Shown: piece after piece, positions 51,147-58,387 of the stretch
How positions within the stretch are numbered: the first letter of the stretch is position 1
Layout: each line of letters starts with the position of its first letter
IMG/VR virus record: IMGVR_UViG_3300023117_000010
Coordinates: 28,174 to 92,173 of that record
From: a virus
Reading direction: 5' to 3' (one strand)
Length of the DNA stretch: 64,000 nucleotides
Notes under the pieces: model-generated
Databases searched by the model: none
What the model was told of the DNA's origin: nothing
What the model saw: only the letters and a program-made list of their open reading frames with translations
Position numbers and translations under genes: made by a program

Positions 51147-52687
51147 CTTGATTCTTTTGTATTGTTAATCCAATGTTCGTAAATTTCTTGCCAGTTCACT
51201 TTGGACTCATCTAGCCAATGATTTGCTATATCTGTCGGTTCAGGAATTCCCATTAGGCCATAAACAATCTCTCGCATTTTTCTAATATAATCTTCTTGAG
51301 CCTCTGGATCGTCTGGATATCTTCTTTCAGCATCGCTTCGCCATTTTTGATCATCATTTTCTAATTGCATTAAAATTTCTTCTTCATCGGTATATTCAGC
51401 AAAATCGTTTCTAAGTTGTTCATTATATGGACCAATTACTCTTTCGATTGCTGCCATAGCAAAGTCATCAACAGAAATATTTTTCTTTGCTAACTCCGTG
51501 AAATACAAATAGTCATCATAATCGTTTTCCATCATAAGATTAACGTTCCAAGTTTCCCAGTTTGTCCAGCCATTATGATCTGAGATTTTATTCCATTTAG
51601 ACCCTTTCCACCAACTTTCGGGTTCCCACTTATCTAGAATTTGATTTTTTCTTTGTAAAGAATAAACTTCATCGTAACCTAATTCTTCGTTTACTTTTTC
51701 AAACCAATGACCTAAAATTTCATCAAAGTCTACTTTCAGAATATCATCAATTCGTTCTGTTTCGTCACAGGTTCTGTTATGTACATCAATAACCATTTCT
51801 TCAATTTTTTCACGCCAAACTTCTTTTAATTCAAAAAAAGTTTCACTTGGGTATTTACTAATGGCTTTTTTTGCTAAATCTAAAAAATATTTATATATAT
51901 TAAATTCGTTTTCCATAATGTTATTTGTCAAAAACGTTTCCCAGTTTGTCCAGCCTCCATAGTCAGAAACTTTTTCCCATTTAGAAAACAAATTAAATGA
52001 ATTGCCAAATTCTCTTAATAGTAAAGATCGAACTTCATTCCAGTTTATCATTCCCTCATCTATGATATATTCCGCAGGATCAAATGGAACTCCATCCATT
52101 TCCCATTTATCCATCATTGCTTGAGTTAAAGAATTAGCAAGTTGTTGATCGCCTCTTGATATATTATTTGCAAAATATTCTACATAAGCAAAAACTTCTT
52201 CTTCTGATAAGGCTCTCCATTGCTTTGCGTTTCTAGGAAGGTTGTCAGGGAATTGCTTAAAAGTGTTTTGATTAAACTTCTTTATAAAAGGAATAAAGTA
52301 TCTTCTTACATCATCGGGAGTAGGATTTGCTTCAAAAAGTTTATCTAGATTTAACATACTATCTTGACCATGTTCAGCAATTAAAAACTGGGCGACCAAC
52401 TTTTCTTCTTGACTTGAGGCAAGTCTAACGTTTGAAACTTTATTTAAACTCACTACCTCTACTCTTTCTCTAACAATCTCTTTATCTGGTTCAGACGCTT
52501 TCCATAGACGAACAAAATAATCTAAATTTATTGGAACTTTAACATCTTCTTTATATAAAGAAATAGATTTATCAGCAGGAAGATAGTCTCCTGTGATATA
52601 ATTATCTTCTAGGGGTTCTTCAAAATCAAAATTATTTACAAAGTGAATTTGATCTTGATCTATATTCCAAATAAATCTATATTGCAT
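51116..52687 (-). CDS. acidic multi-module protein with two tandem GWTNWET domains
   Basis: SKWEKVSDYGGWTNWETF and SKWNKISDHNGWTNWETW; exact 20-bp DNA repeat at 51552-51571 and 51936-51955. Confidence 0.7.
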   Translation of the reverse strand: MQYRFIWNIDQDQIHFVNNFDFEEPLEDNYITGDYLPADKSISLYKEDVKVPINLDYFVRLWKASEPDKEIVRERVEVVSLNKVSNVRLASSQEEKLVAQFLIAEHGQDSMLNLDKLFEANPTPDDVRRYFIPFIKKFNQNTFKQFPDNLPRNAKQWRALSEEEVFAYVEYFANNISRGDQQLANSLTQAMMDKWEMDGVPFDPAEYIIDEGMINWNEVRSLLLREFGNSFNLFSKWEKVSDYGGWTNWETFLTNNIMENEFNIYKYFLDLAKKAISKYPSETFFELKEVWREKIEEMVIDVHNRTCDETERIDDILKVDFDEILGHWFEKVNEELGYDEVYSLQRKNQILDKWEPESWWKGSKWNKISDHNGWTNWETWNVNLMMENDYDDYLYFTELAKKNISVDDFAMAAIERVIGPYNEQLRNDFAEYTDEEEILMQLENDDQKWRSDAERRYPDDPEAQEDYIRKMREIVYGLMGIPEPTDIANHWLDESKVNWQEIYEHWINNTKESSWKVLKWKRI

Positions 52688-52764
52688 AATTATTCTCTTT
52701 AGATATCTATATCTTAAGGCTTAGAATAACAACCTTATTTAGTGAAAAAGGGGTCATTACTTAA

Positions 52765-53199
52765 ATGTTTCATTTACCTATTATTTTATCAAATAATAAC
52801 GCTGTAGTCCCAGAAGTTGCTCACAATGGAGATGCTGGTCTTGACTTGGTTGCCTGTGAAGACTATACTCTATACTTGGGTGAAGTAAATTCAGTTAGTA
52901 CCGGGATAGGCATTGCTATTCCATTAGGATATTGCGGATTAGTACTTCCGCGCTCTTCTATGGGCAAGAAAGGCATTATCATCCCTAACGCTCCCGGACT
53001 TATTGATTCTGGATACCGTGGAGAAGTAAAAGTAATGCTTTTAAATTTGTCTAACAATATCTATAAGATTAAAAAGGGAGACAAGATCGCGCAATTAGTT
53101 ATTGTTCAACATGAGCGCGTTTCTCTTGAAGAAGTTAACGAACTTCCACCTTCACACGACGGTAGGGGTGTCGGCGGGTTCGGATCTTCTGGAAAGTAA
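52765..53199 (+). CDS. dut: trimeric dUTPase
   Basis: DAGLDL, PRSS, GLIDSGYRGE, KIAQL, RG.GGFGSSG. Confidence 0.95.
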   Translation: MFHLPIILSNNNAVVPEVAHNGDAGLDLVACEDYTLYLGEVNSVSTGIGIAIPLGYCGLVLPRSSMGKKGIIIPNAPGLIDSGYRGEVKVMLLNLSNNIYKIKKGDKIAQLVIVQHERVSLEEVNELPPSHDGRGVGGFGSSGK

Positions 53200-53263
53200 G
53201 ATCTAAATTATTTTTAGTTACTGTAATGTAAAGTGTACTTTGTTGTATTTAAAGGAGCGTAGA

Positions 53264-55072
53264 ATGGAAGAGAACGAGAAGCAGCAAAAGTTTAGTCCGT
53301 CTGGACTTGGAGAGATTATTTTTAAAGAGAGATACGCTAGAAATGAAGAAGAGACTTGGGAAGAAGCCTGCGAAAGAGTTGCGCGTCATATCGCTGACGC
53401 AGAGACTAATGGAAAAGTTAACAAGTACTCAGAAAAATTTTATGAGGAATTGGTAACAAATAGGTTTATGCCCGGTGGTCGTATTTGGTACGGGGCTGGT
53501 CGTCCAAAGGGACAGTTACTTAACTGTTTTGTTATTCCAGTAGACGATTCCCGAGAAGGTTGGGGAAAGATGCTTTATGACACTACTGTTATTTCAGGTT
53601 TAGGTGGCGGCATTGGAGCAAACTATTCAAAGCCCCGTCCTCGCGGATTCGCAATTAAGGGAACTGGTGGAGTATCAACAGGTGCTGTGTCTGCTATGAA
53701 GATGCAAGACGGTATCGCTAATGAACTTCGTCAAGGCGGTGGGCGTCGTGCTGCTCTTATGCAGTGCCTTAATATTAATCACCCAGATCTTGAAGAGTTT
53801 CTTCACGTTAAACTAGATCGTCAAGAACTTGAAAATGCAAACATTTCTGTTGTTCTTAATATGCCAACAGAAGAATTTGTAAGATTAGTTCAAGAAGATG
53901 GTGATATTGTATTAGAATTCAATGGACTCCCAACTGGTGAAATCCTTAAGGCTAAAGAAGTTTGGGAGACTCTTGTAACAAATGCGTGGAATTCTGGTGA
54001 GCCGGGTGTTCTTAATGGGCACCTTGCAAACAAGATGAACAACATATACTACTATGAAGAACTTATTTCTACTAATCCTTGTGGTGAAATTTGGTTAGGC
54101 GCATATGATTGTTGTGATCTTGGCTCTTTGGTCCTTCCAAGATTTGTTAAGGACGGAGAATTTGATTGGGACCAGTTTGATGCTTCAATTCGTCTTGCTG
54201 TTCGTTTCTTAGATAATGTACTTGATGTTAATCATTTTCCTCTTCCTGAGATTCAAGAGAAGTGCCACATGAACCGTCGCCTTGGCGCTGGCGTTATGGG
54301 ACTTCACACTATGCTTTTAAAATTGGGTCTTCGTTACGATTCAGAAGAAGGATTTGAATTCGTTAATAAACTATTTGAGTTTTACAAGAATGTAGCCTAT
54401 GATGCTTCTGCAACTCTTGCTGCTGAGAAGGGACCATTCCCCGGTTTTGATCGTGACAAATATTTGCAAGGTGGTTTTGCTAAGACGCTTAAGCGTGGTA
54501 TTCGTAACAAGATCAAGGCTCACGGTCTTCGCAACTGTGCCCTTATGACTATTGCTCCTACCGGAACTACTTCTATGGTATCTGGTGTAACTAGCGGCAT
54601 TGAGCCTTTGTTTGCTCCCGTATACTGGCGTCGTTATCGTGTTAGCGATGAAAAAGGTCGTGACCAGAAAAAACAAGAACTTGTTATTACAGATGAATAT
54701 AAGGAGTTTGGTGAGATTGCCGTTGGTGCTTATGACATTCCTGTAGAAGCACATTTTGAAATGCAGAAGACTGTGCAAAAGCACATTGATAATGCAGTAT
54801 CAAAGACAATTAATCTTCCAAAAGAGTATCCACTTGACAATCTTAGCGACTTATGGTTACAATACCTTGATTCATGCAAGGGAACAACTATTTATCGTCA
54901 AGGTTCTCGCGGAGAAGAGCCACTAGAACACATTCCTGTAGCAGAGGCTAAAAAGATTATTGAAGAGCAAGGTATTGTCATTGAAGGATCTAACTTTGCT
55001 GAACTTAATTCTCTTGAGTGTGTTGGTGGGGTTTGCGATATTCCAGATTTAGAAGAAGTTGCTGCTGCATAA
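53264..55072 (+). CDS. nrdJ: class II (B12-dependent) ribonucleotide reductase
   Basis: PGGR, NCFV, TNPCGE, APTGT, SGIEP, C-terminal CxxxxC; no beta subunit nearby; ATG at 53264 after AAGGAG. Confidence 0.88.
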   Translation: MEENEKQQKFSPSGLGEIIFKERYARNEEETWEEACERVARHIADAETNGKVNKYSEKFYEELVTNRFMPGGRIWYGAGRPKGQLLNCFVIPVDDSREGWGKMLYDTTVISGLGGGIGANYSKPRPRGFAIKGTGGVSTGAVSAMKMQDGIANELRQGGGRRAALMQCLNINHPDLEEFLHVKLDRQELENANISVVLNMPTEEFVRLVQEDGDIVLEFNGLPTGEILKAKEVWETLVTNAWNSGEPGVLNGHLANKMNNIYYYEELISTNPCGEIWLGAYDCCDLGSLVLPRFVKDGEFDWDQFDASIRLAVRFLDNVLDVNHFPLPEIQEKCHMNRRLGAGVMGLHTMLLKLGLRYDSEEGFEFVNKLFEFYKNVAYDASATLAAEKGPFPGFDRDKYLQGGFAKTLKRGIRNKIKAHGLRNCALMTIAPTGTTSMVSGVTSGIEPLFAPVYWRRYRVSDEKGRDQKKQELVITDEYKEFGEIAVGAYDIPVEAHFEMQKTVQKHIDNAVSKTINLPKEYPLDNLSDLWLQYLDSCKGTTIYRQGSRGEEPLEHIPVAEAKKIIEEQGIVIEGSNFAELNSLECVGGVCDIPDLEEVAAA

Positions 55073-55077
55073 GGTTA

Positions 55078-55099
55078 GTTGCTATAATTAAATAGCAAC
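55078..55099 (+). promoter_or_regulatory. extended -10 (TGCTATAAT, 55080-55088) within an 8-bp inverted repeat, upstream of tRNA-Asn
   Basis: GTTGCTAT-AATTAA-ATAGCAAC. Confidence 0.55.
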
Positions 55100-55101
55100 G
55101 T

Positions 55102-55173
55102 TCGGGAGTAGTTCAGTGGTAGAACAGTCGGCTGTTAACCGATATGTCGCAGGTTCGAATCCTGCCTCCCGAG
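55102..55173 (+). tRNA. tRNA-Asn(GTT)
   Basis: cloverleaf TCGGGAG/CTCCCGA, loop CTGTTAA, TTCGAAT; no CCA. Confidence 0.95.
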
Positions 55174-55176
55174 TAT

Positions 55177-55247
55177 GCGGCTATAGTTTAGGGGTAAAAC
55201 GTTGGCCTTCCAAGCCATATTCGTCGGTTCGATTCCGACTAGCCGCT
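55177..55247 (+). tRNA. tRNA-Gly(TCC)
   Basis: GCGGCTA/TAGCCGC, loop CTTCCAA, U73; no CCA. Confidence 0.93.
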
Positions 55248-55254
55248 TGCAGTA

Positions 55255-55263
55255 TGATATAAT
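55255..55263 (+). promoter_or_regulatory. extended -10 TGATATAAT
   Basis: recurrent 9-mer upstream of an ORF. Confidence 0.55.
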
Positions 55264-55287
55264 GTAAAAAACAGATTGGAGTATGAT

Positions 55288-55467
55288 ATGGTTAATGAGC
55301 GTAAGAAGAACACAGATCCTCGCAAGGGGACTCCCGAAGTACTTCATCCAAATAAGTCAGAGCAGGATCGCATGCCTTCGGCAGAGCGTCCTCGCGTTAA
55401 GAAAGCCCAACAGTGGGCAGATCAGATGCAAAAGGATAGACCAAGCGGTATAGGATTAACAGGTTAA
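55288..55467 (+). CDS. hypothetical basic protein (MVNERKK...)
   Basis: GGAG SD. Confidence 0.55.
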   Translation: MVNERKKNTDPRKGTPEVLHPNKSEQDRMPSAERPRVKKAQQWADQMQKDRPSGIGLTG

Positions 55468-55474
55468 TAATCCT

Positions 55475-55547
<73 letters not shown>

Positions 55548-55550
55548 TTT

Positions 55551-55624
55551 GGGCGAGTAACTCAGTTGGTCAGAGTGCCTGCTTTACACGCAGGAAGTCG
55601 GGGGTTCAAGTCCCTCCTTGCCCA
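55551..55624 (+). tRNA. tRNA-Val(TAC)
   Basis: GGGCGAG/CTTGCCC, loop TTTACAC; no CCA. Confidence 0.95.
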
Positions 55625-55627
55625 TGA

Positions 55628-55709
55628 GGGGAAGTGGTGAAATTGGCAGACACGACGGACTCAAAATCCGTTGCCGCAAGGCGTGGGGGTTCAAGTCCCT
55701 CCTTCCCTA
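55628..55709 (+). tRNA. tRNA-Leu(CAA)
   Basis: long variable arm, loop CTCAAAA; no CCA. Confidence 0.95.
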
Positions 55710-55710
55710 C

Positions 55711-55782
55711 TGGCCCATCGTTCAACGGTTAGGACGCGACTCTTATAAAGTCGTAATCTGGGTTCGATTCCCAGTGGGCCGA
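55711..55782 (+). tRNA. tRNA-Ile(TAT)
   Basis: TGGCCCA/TGGGCCG, CGACT-CTTATAA-AGTCG, TTCGATT, A73; no CCA. Confidence 0.88.
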
Positions 55783-55823
55783 TGAAAAGAACTAATATGA
55801 GCATACATGACAAAAAGAAATAA

Positions 55824-55906
55824 GGGGGCGTGGCGGAATTGGCATACGCAGAGGACTTAAAATCCTTAACCTGTAAGGTTTGTGGGTTCGACTCCCACCG
55901 CCCCTA
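55824..55906 (+). tRNA. tRNA-Leu(TAA)
   Basis: long variable arm, loop CTTAAAA; no CCA. Confidence 0.95.
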
Positions 55907-55966
55907 CTAAAAAAATAGTGCATAATTATTTTCTATTACGGAAACTAATAACAAAGGATTGCGACT

Positions 55967-56173
55967 ATGGTTGAAGAAGAAACAATGACTAATGATATAG
56001 ATTATAGACCAATGGATGATCCGTTTGATGAGTTCCAAAGGGCTAAATCTGACTACATTCATATAAGTAAAACTTATAAAAATTATTTTTCTGCTGAATC
56101 ATACCTAGAAGCAGAAGAAAAAGCATGGATAAGATTACAAAATGCTTTAAAAGATCCAAACTTAGAACTATAA
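55967..56173 (+). CDS. hypothetical protein, 68 aa
   Basis: AAGGA SD. Confidence 0.55.
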   Translation: MVEEETMTNDIDYRPMDDPFDEFQRAKSDYIHISKTYKNYFSAESYLEAEEKAWIRLQNALKDPNLEL

Positions 56174-56188
56174 AAACTATTTTGGTTT

Positions 56189-56197
56189 TGATATAAT
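56189..56197 (+). promoter_or_regulatory. extended -10 TGATATAAT upstream of tRNA-Glu
   Basis: recurrent 9-mer. Confidence 0.6.
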
Positions 56198-56208
56198 CAA
56201 ACTTATAG

Positions 56209-56281
56209 GGCGCATTCGTCTAGTGGTCTAGGACTCGGGACTTTCATTCCCGCAACAGGGGTTCGAACCCCCTATGCGCTA
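56209..56281 (+). tRNA. tRNA-Glu(TTC)
   Basis: GGCGCAT/ATGCGCT, loop CTTTCAT; no CCA. Confidence 0.93.
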
Positions 56282-56306
56282 TCACTATTTAAAAATAGGA
56301 GGAATA

Positions 56307-56474
56307 ATGGCAAGAGCAAAGCATCGGTGGCGTAGACAACGTGATCAAATGTGGGCGTTAATAAATAAAGTTGAACGTCAACGAAAGCATCAAGAAATGC
56401 TAGAAGAGCATAAAAATATTAAAAAGGCTGGGTTGCGACCCACTAAACAAGAAGAAGTACAAGTTACTGAATAA
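56307..56474 (+). CDS. small basic protein (MARAKHRW...)
   Basis: AGGAGG SD. Confidence 0.6.
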   Translation: MARAKHRWRRQRDQMWALINKVERQRKHQEMLEEHKNIKKAGLRPTKQEEVQVTE

Positions 56475-56481
56475 GTTTTAC

Positions 56482-56552
56482 TCCGGGATCGTCTAATGGT
56501 AGGACAGAAGGCTTTGGACCTTCTAATCTAGGTTCGAATCCTAGTCCCGGAT
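56482..56552 (+). tRNA. tRNA-Gln(TTG)
   Basis: TCCGGGA/TCCCGGA, loop CTTTGGA; no CCA. Confidence 0.93.
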
Positions 56553-56598
56553 TTTATTTATCTTTTATTACTAAGCATAAGTAATAGAGGATAATATT

Positions 56599-56823
56599 AT
56601 GAATATCTATATACTTTCTTGGGTGCTTGCAGTACTCAGTTTAATTGGAATGTGGAATGTAGGGAAATACCGACTTTGGGCTTGGATTTATTTAGGTTGC
56701 CTAGAAATCCTTTGGACTTTTTATGGTATAATGACTAAACAATACGGATTTATCTTACTCACCGTTGGATACATAACGATTTATGTGATAAACTATAAAA
56801 GATGGAAACAGAAAGAAAACTAA
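56599..56823 (+). CDS. small PnuC-like membrane protein
   Basis: three short TM helices, SW..A..S..G.W..G...W.W pattern, ends Y..W. Confidence 0.6.
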   Translation: MNIYILSWVLAVLSLIGMWNVGKYRLWAWIYLGCLEILWTFYGIMTKQYGFILLTVGYITIYVINYKRWKQKEN

Positions 56824-56910
56824 TTGAATTGGCAGTGGTATGACTGGTTTTTCTTTGTAGTCCTTGTTATAATATTCTTATGGTTTTTATATTGGGGACT
56901 TAAAGATTAA
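56824..56910 (+). CDS. putative 28-aa aromatic membrane peptide MNWQWYDWFFFVVLVIIFLWFLYWGLKD
   Basis: TTG directly after upstream stop; single TM; read by hand. Confidence 0.4.
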   Translation: MNWQWYDWFFFVVLVIIFLWFLYWGLKD

Positions 56911-56915
56911 TATAT

Positions 56916-56987
56916 GGCTCTATGGCGTAATGGCAGCGTAGGGGACTTTTAATCCTTCAGGTCTAGGTTCGAATCCTAGTGGGGCCA
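56916..56987 (+). tRNA. tRNA-Lys(TTT)
   Basis: GGCTCTA/TGGGGCC, loop CTTTTAA; no CCA. Confidence 0.92.
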
Positions 56988-56989
56988 CT

Positions 56990-57154
56990 ATGACTAATCA
57001 ACAAATATTATATGCAATAGAAAAATATCCTGATAATATGATATCTTCAATTGAAGTTATATGTGATATCTATAACATAGACATTTTTCATGCTTATGCT
57101 ATAGTTCAAGATGAGCATGGACCGTTATATGATAACTCTCCATTATTAAAATAA
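56990..57154 (+). CDS. hypothetical protein, 54 aa
   Basis: hand-read ORF MTNQQILYAIEKYP... filling the gap. Confidence 0.4.
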   Translation: MTNQQILYAIEKYPDNMISSIEVICDIYNIDIFHAYAIVQDEHGPLYDNSPLLK

Positions 57155-57174
57155 TATAGAGAAAGGACTGTAAT

Positions 57175-57702
57175 TTGAATACAGCCACTGACAGCCGTAA
57201 TGTTATTGATTACTATAAGTATTGGAATGAGGATGCTATTAAGGCATCTTTAGATAAGGTGAGGTTTCCGTTTGTTGTTGCAATCGAAAACTTTGACAAG
57301 GATTTTAATATTTCCACTACCATTCGTAATTGTAATGCTTTTACTGGAAAAGAAGTATGGATTCTTGGGCGTCGAAGGTGGGACCGTCGCGGTGCTGTCG
57401 GTACTCATCACTATGAGCATCTTAAGTTTGGTGCATCTCTACAGAATACGGTAGATGCTCATCCTGACTATCGTGTGGTAGTATTTGAAAACTACAATAA
57501 TGCACAGGATATCCGTGAGTATGATTGGAACGAAAAGACTATTATGGTTTTTGGGCAGGAAAGCATTGGAGTTACCGACAAGGCTATGGATCTTGCTGAC
57601 GACGTTGTTTATATTCCTCAGTTTGGATCTACCCGCTCTCTTAATGTTGGAGTGGCTAGCGGTATCGCAATGTATTCTTATATTCAGCAGTTTGGAGGTT
57701 GA
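57175..57702 (+). CDS. SPOUT (TrmH/SpoU-family) RNA 2'-O-methyltransferase
   Basis: EN...DFN..T.IR, VFGQE..GV, VYIPQFG..RSLNV.VA.GI. Confidence 0.88.
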   Translation: MNTATDSRNVIDYYKYWNEDAIKASLDKVRFPFVVAIENFDKDFNISTTIRNCNAFTGKEVWILGRRRWDRRGAVGTHHYEHLKFGASLQNTVDAHPDYRVVVFENYNNAQDIREYDWNEKTIMVFGQESIGVTDKAMDLADDVVYIPQFGSTRSLNVGVASGIAMYSYIQQFGG

Positions 57703-57704
57703 TA

Positions 57705-57866
57705 ATGAGTTATCGAATTAAAGAAATTCGCACTACATTGGCACAGGCTAATTATTATCCAGCAGGGTTGAGTGCAGATCTAGACGCGCAGTTGCGAGAT
57801 AAGATGCAAAGCGATATTGAATGGTTGTTGAATGAACTTGAACGTCTGCTAAAGGAAACAGTATGA
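57705..57866 (+). CDS. 53-aa protein (MSYRIKEIR...DIEWLLNELERL), Ead/Ea22-like
   Basis: GGAGG SD; hand-translated; N- and C-terminal helices typical of that small phage family. Confidence 0.55.
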   Translation: MSYRIKEIRTTLAQANYYPAGLSADLDAQLRDKMQSDIEWLLNELERLLKETV

Positions 57867-57955
57867 GTGACCGCCTCGCAGAGATACGCGCACGGCTGGA
57901 TGCGGCTCCATCGGCTTGCGACTGGTGGGTAGAAAAACTTCCAGATAAGGAGTAA
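57863..57955 (+). pseudogene. 30-codon GC-richer remnant MSDRLAEIRARLDAA...
   Basis: ATGA overlap, AAGGA SD; family-like N-terminus then early stop. Confidence 0.4.
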
Positions 57956-57958
57956 TTA

Positions 57959-58387
57959 ATGGCTAATAAGATTGAAGAGTTTCTTGCTGTAACTGAGAAT
58001 ATGGCAGAGCGCTCTACACTTAAGCGCTTTCAGGTCGGTGCCCTTATCCATAGAGATGGAGAGATTAGTACCGGATGGGCGCATATGTCCGATCTTAAGT
58101 TGCAGAGTTATATTTCTATTCATGCAGAGATTCATGCCCTTTGGAGGGCTAACCCTAAGTTCCTTGAAGGAGCAGATTGTTTTCTTGTAACTCTATCTGC
58201 CAAGAGTAAGAATCGCACTAATAGCAAGCCCTGTAAGTCTTGTATGGCCCACCTTTACGATGCGGGTATTCGTAAGGTCTATTATTCTGTAAGTAATGAT
58301 GAATATGGCGAGATTGATTTTAGGCATGGTTTTCCTGATATCAAGATGATTAAGGCTCGCACGGCAGAAGATTGGAGTAATAATTAG
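57959..58387 (+). CDS. cytidine/dCMP deaminase-family zinc protein
   Basis: QVGALI, IHAEIHA, SKPCKSC, AGIRKVYYS. Confidence 0.85.
   Translation: MANKIEEFLAVTENMAERSTLKRFQVGALIHRDGEISTGWAHMSDLKLQSYISIHAEIHALWRANPKFLEGADCFLVTLSAKSKNRTNSKPCKSCMAHLYDAGIRKVYYSVSNDEYGEIDFRHGFPDIKMIKARTAEDWSNN

Noticed and set aside
6142-54784. Numerous 60-150-aa antisense or alternate-frame ORFs in the track
   Set aside because: Nested in well-supported genes, with no SD or recognisable motifs; shadow ORFs.
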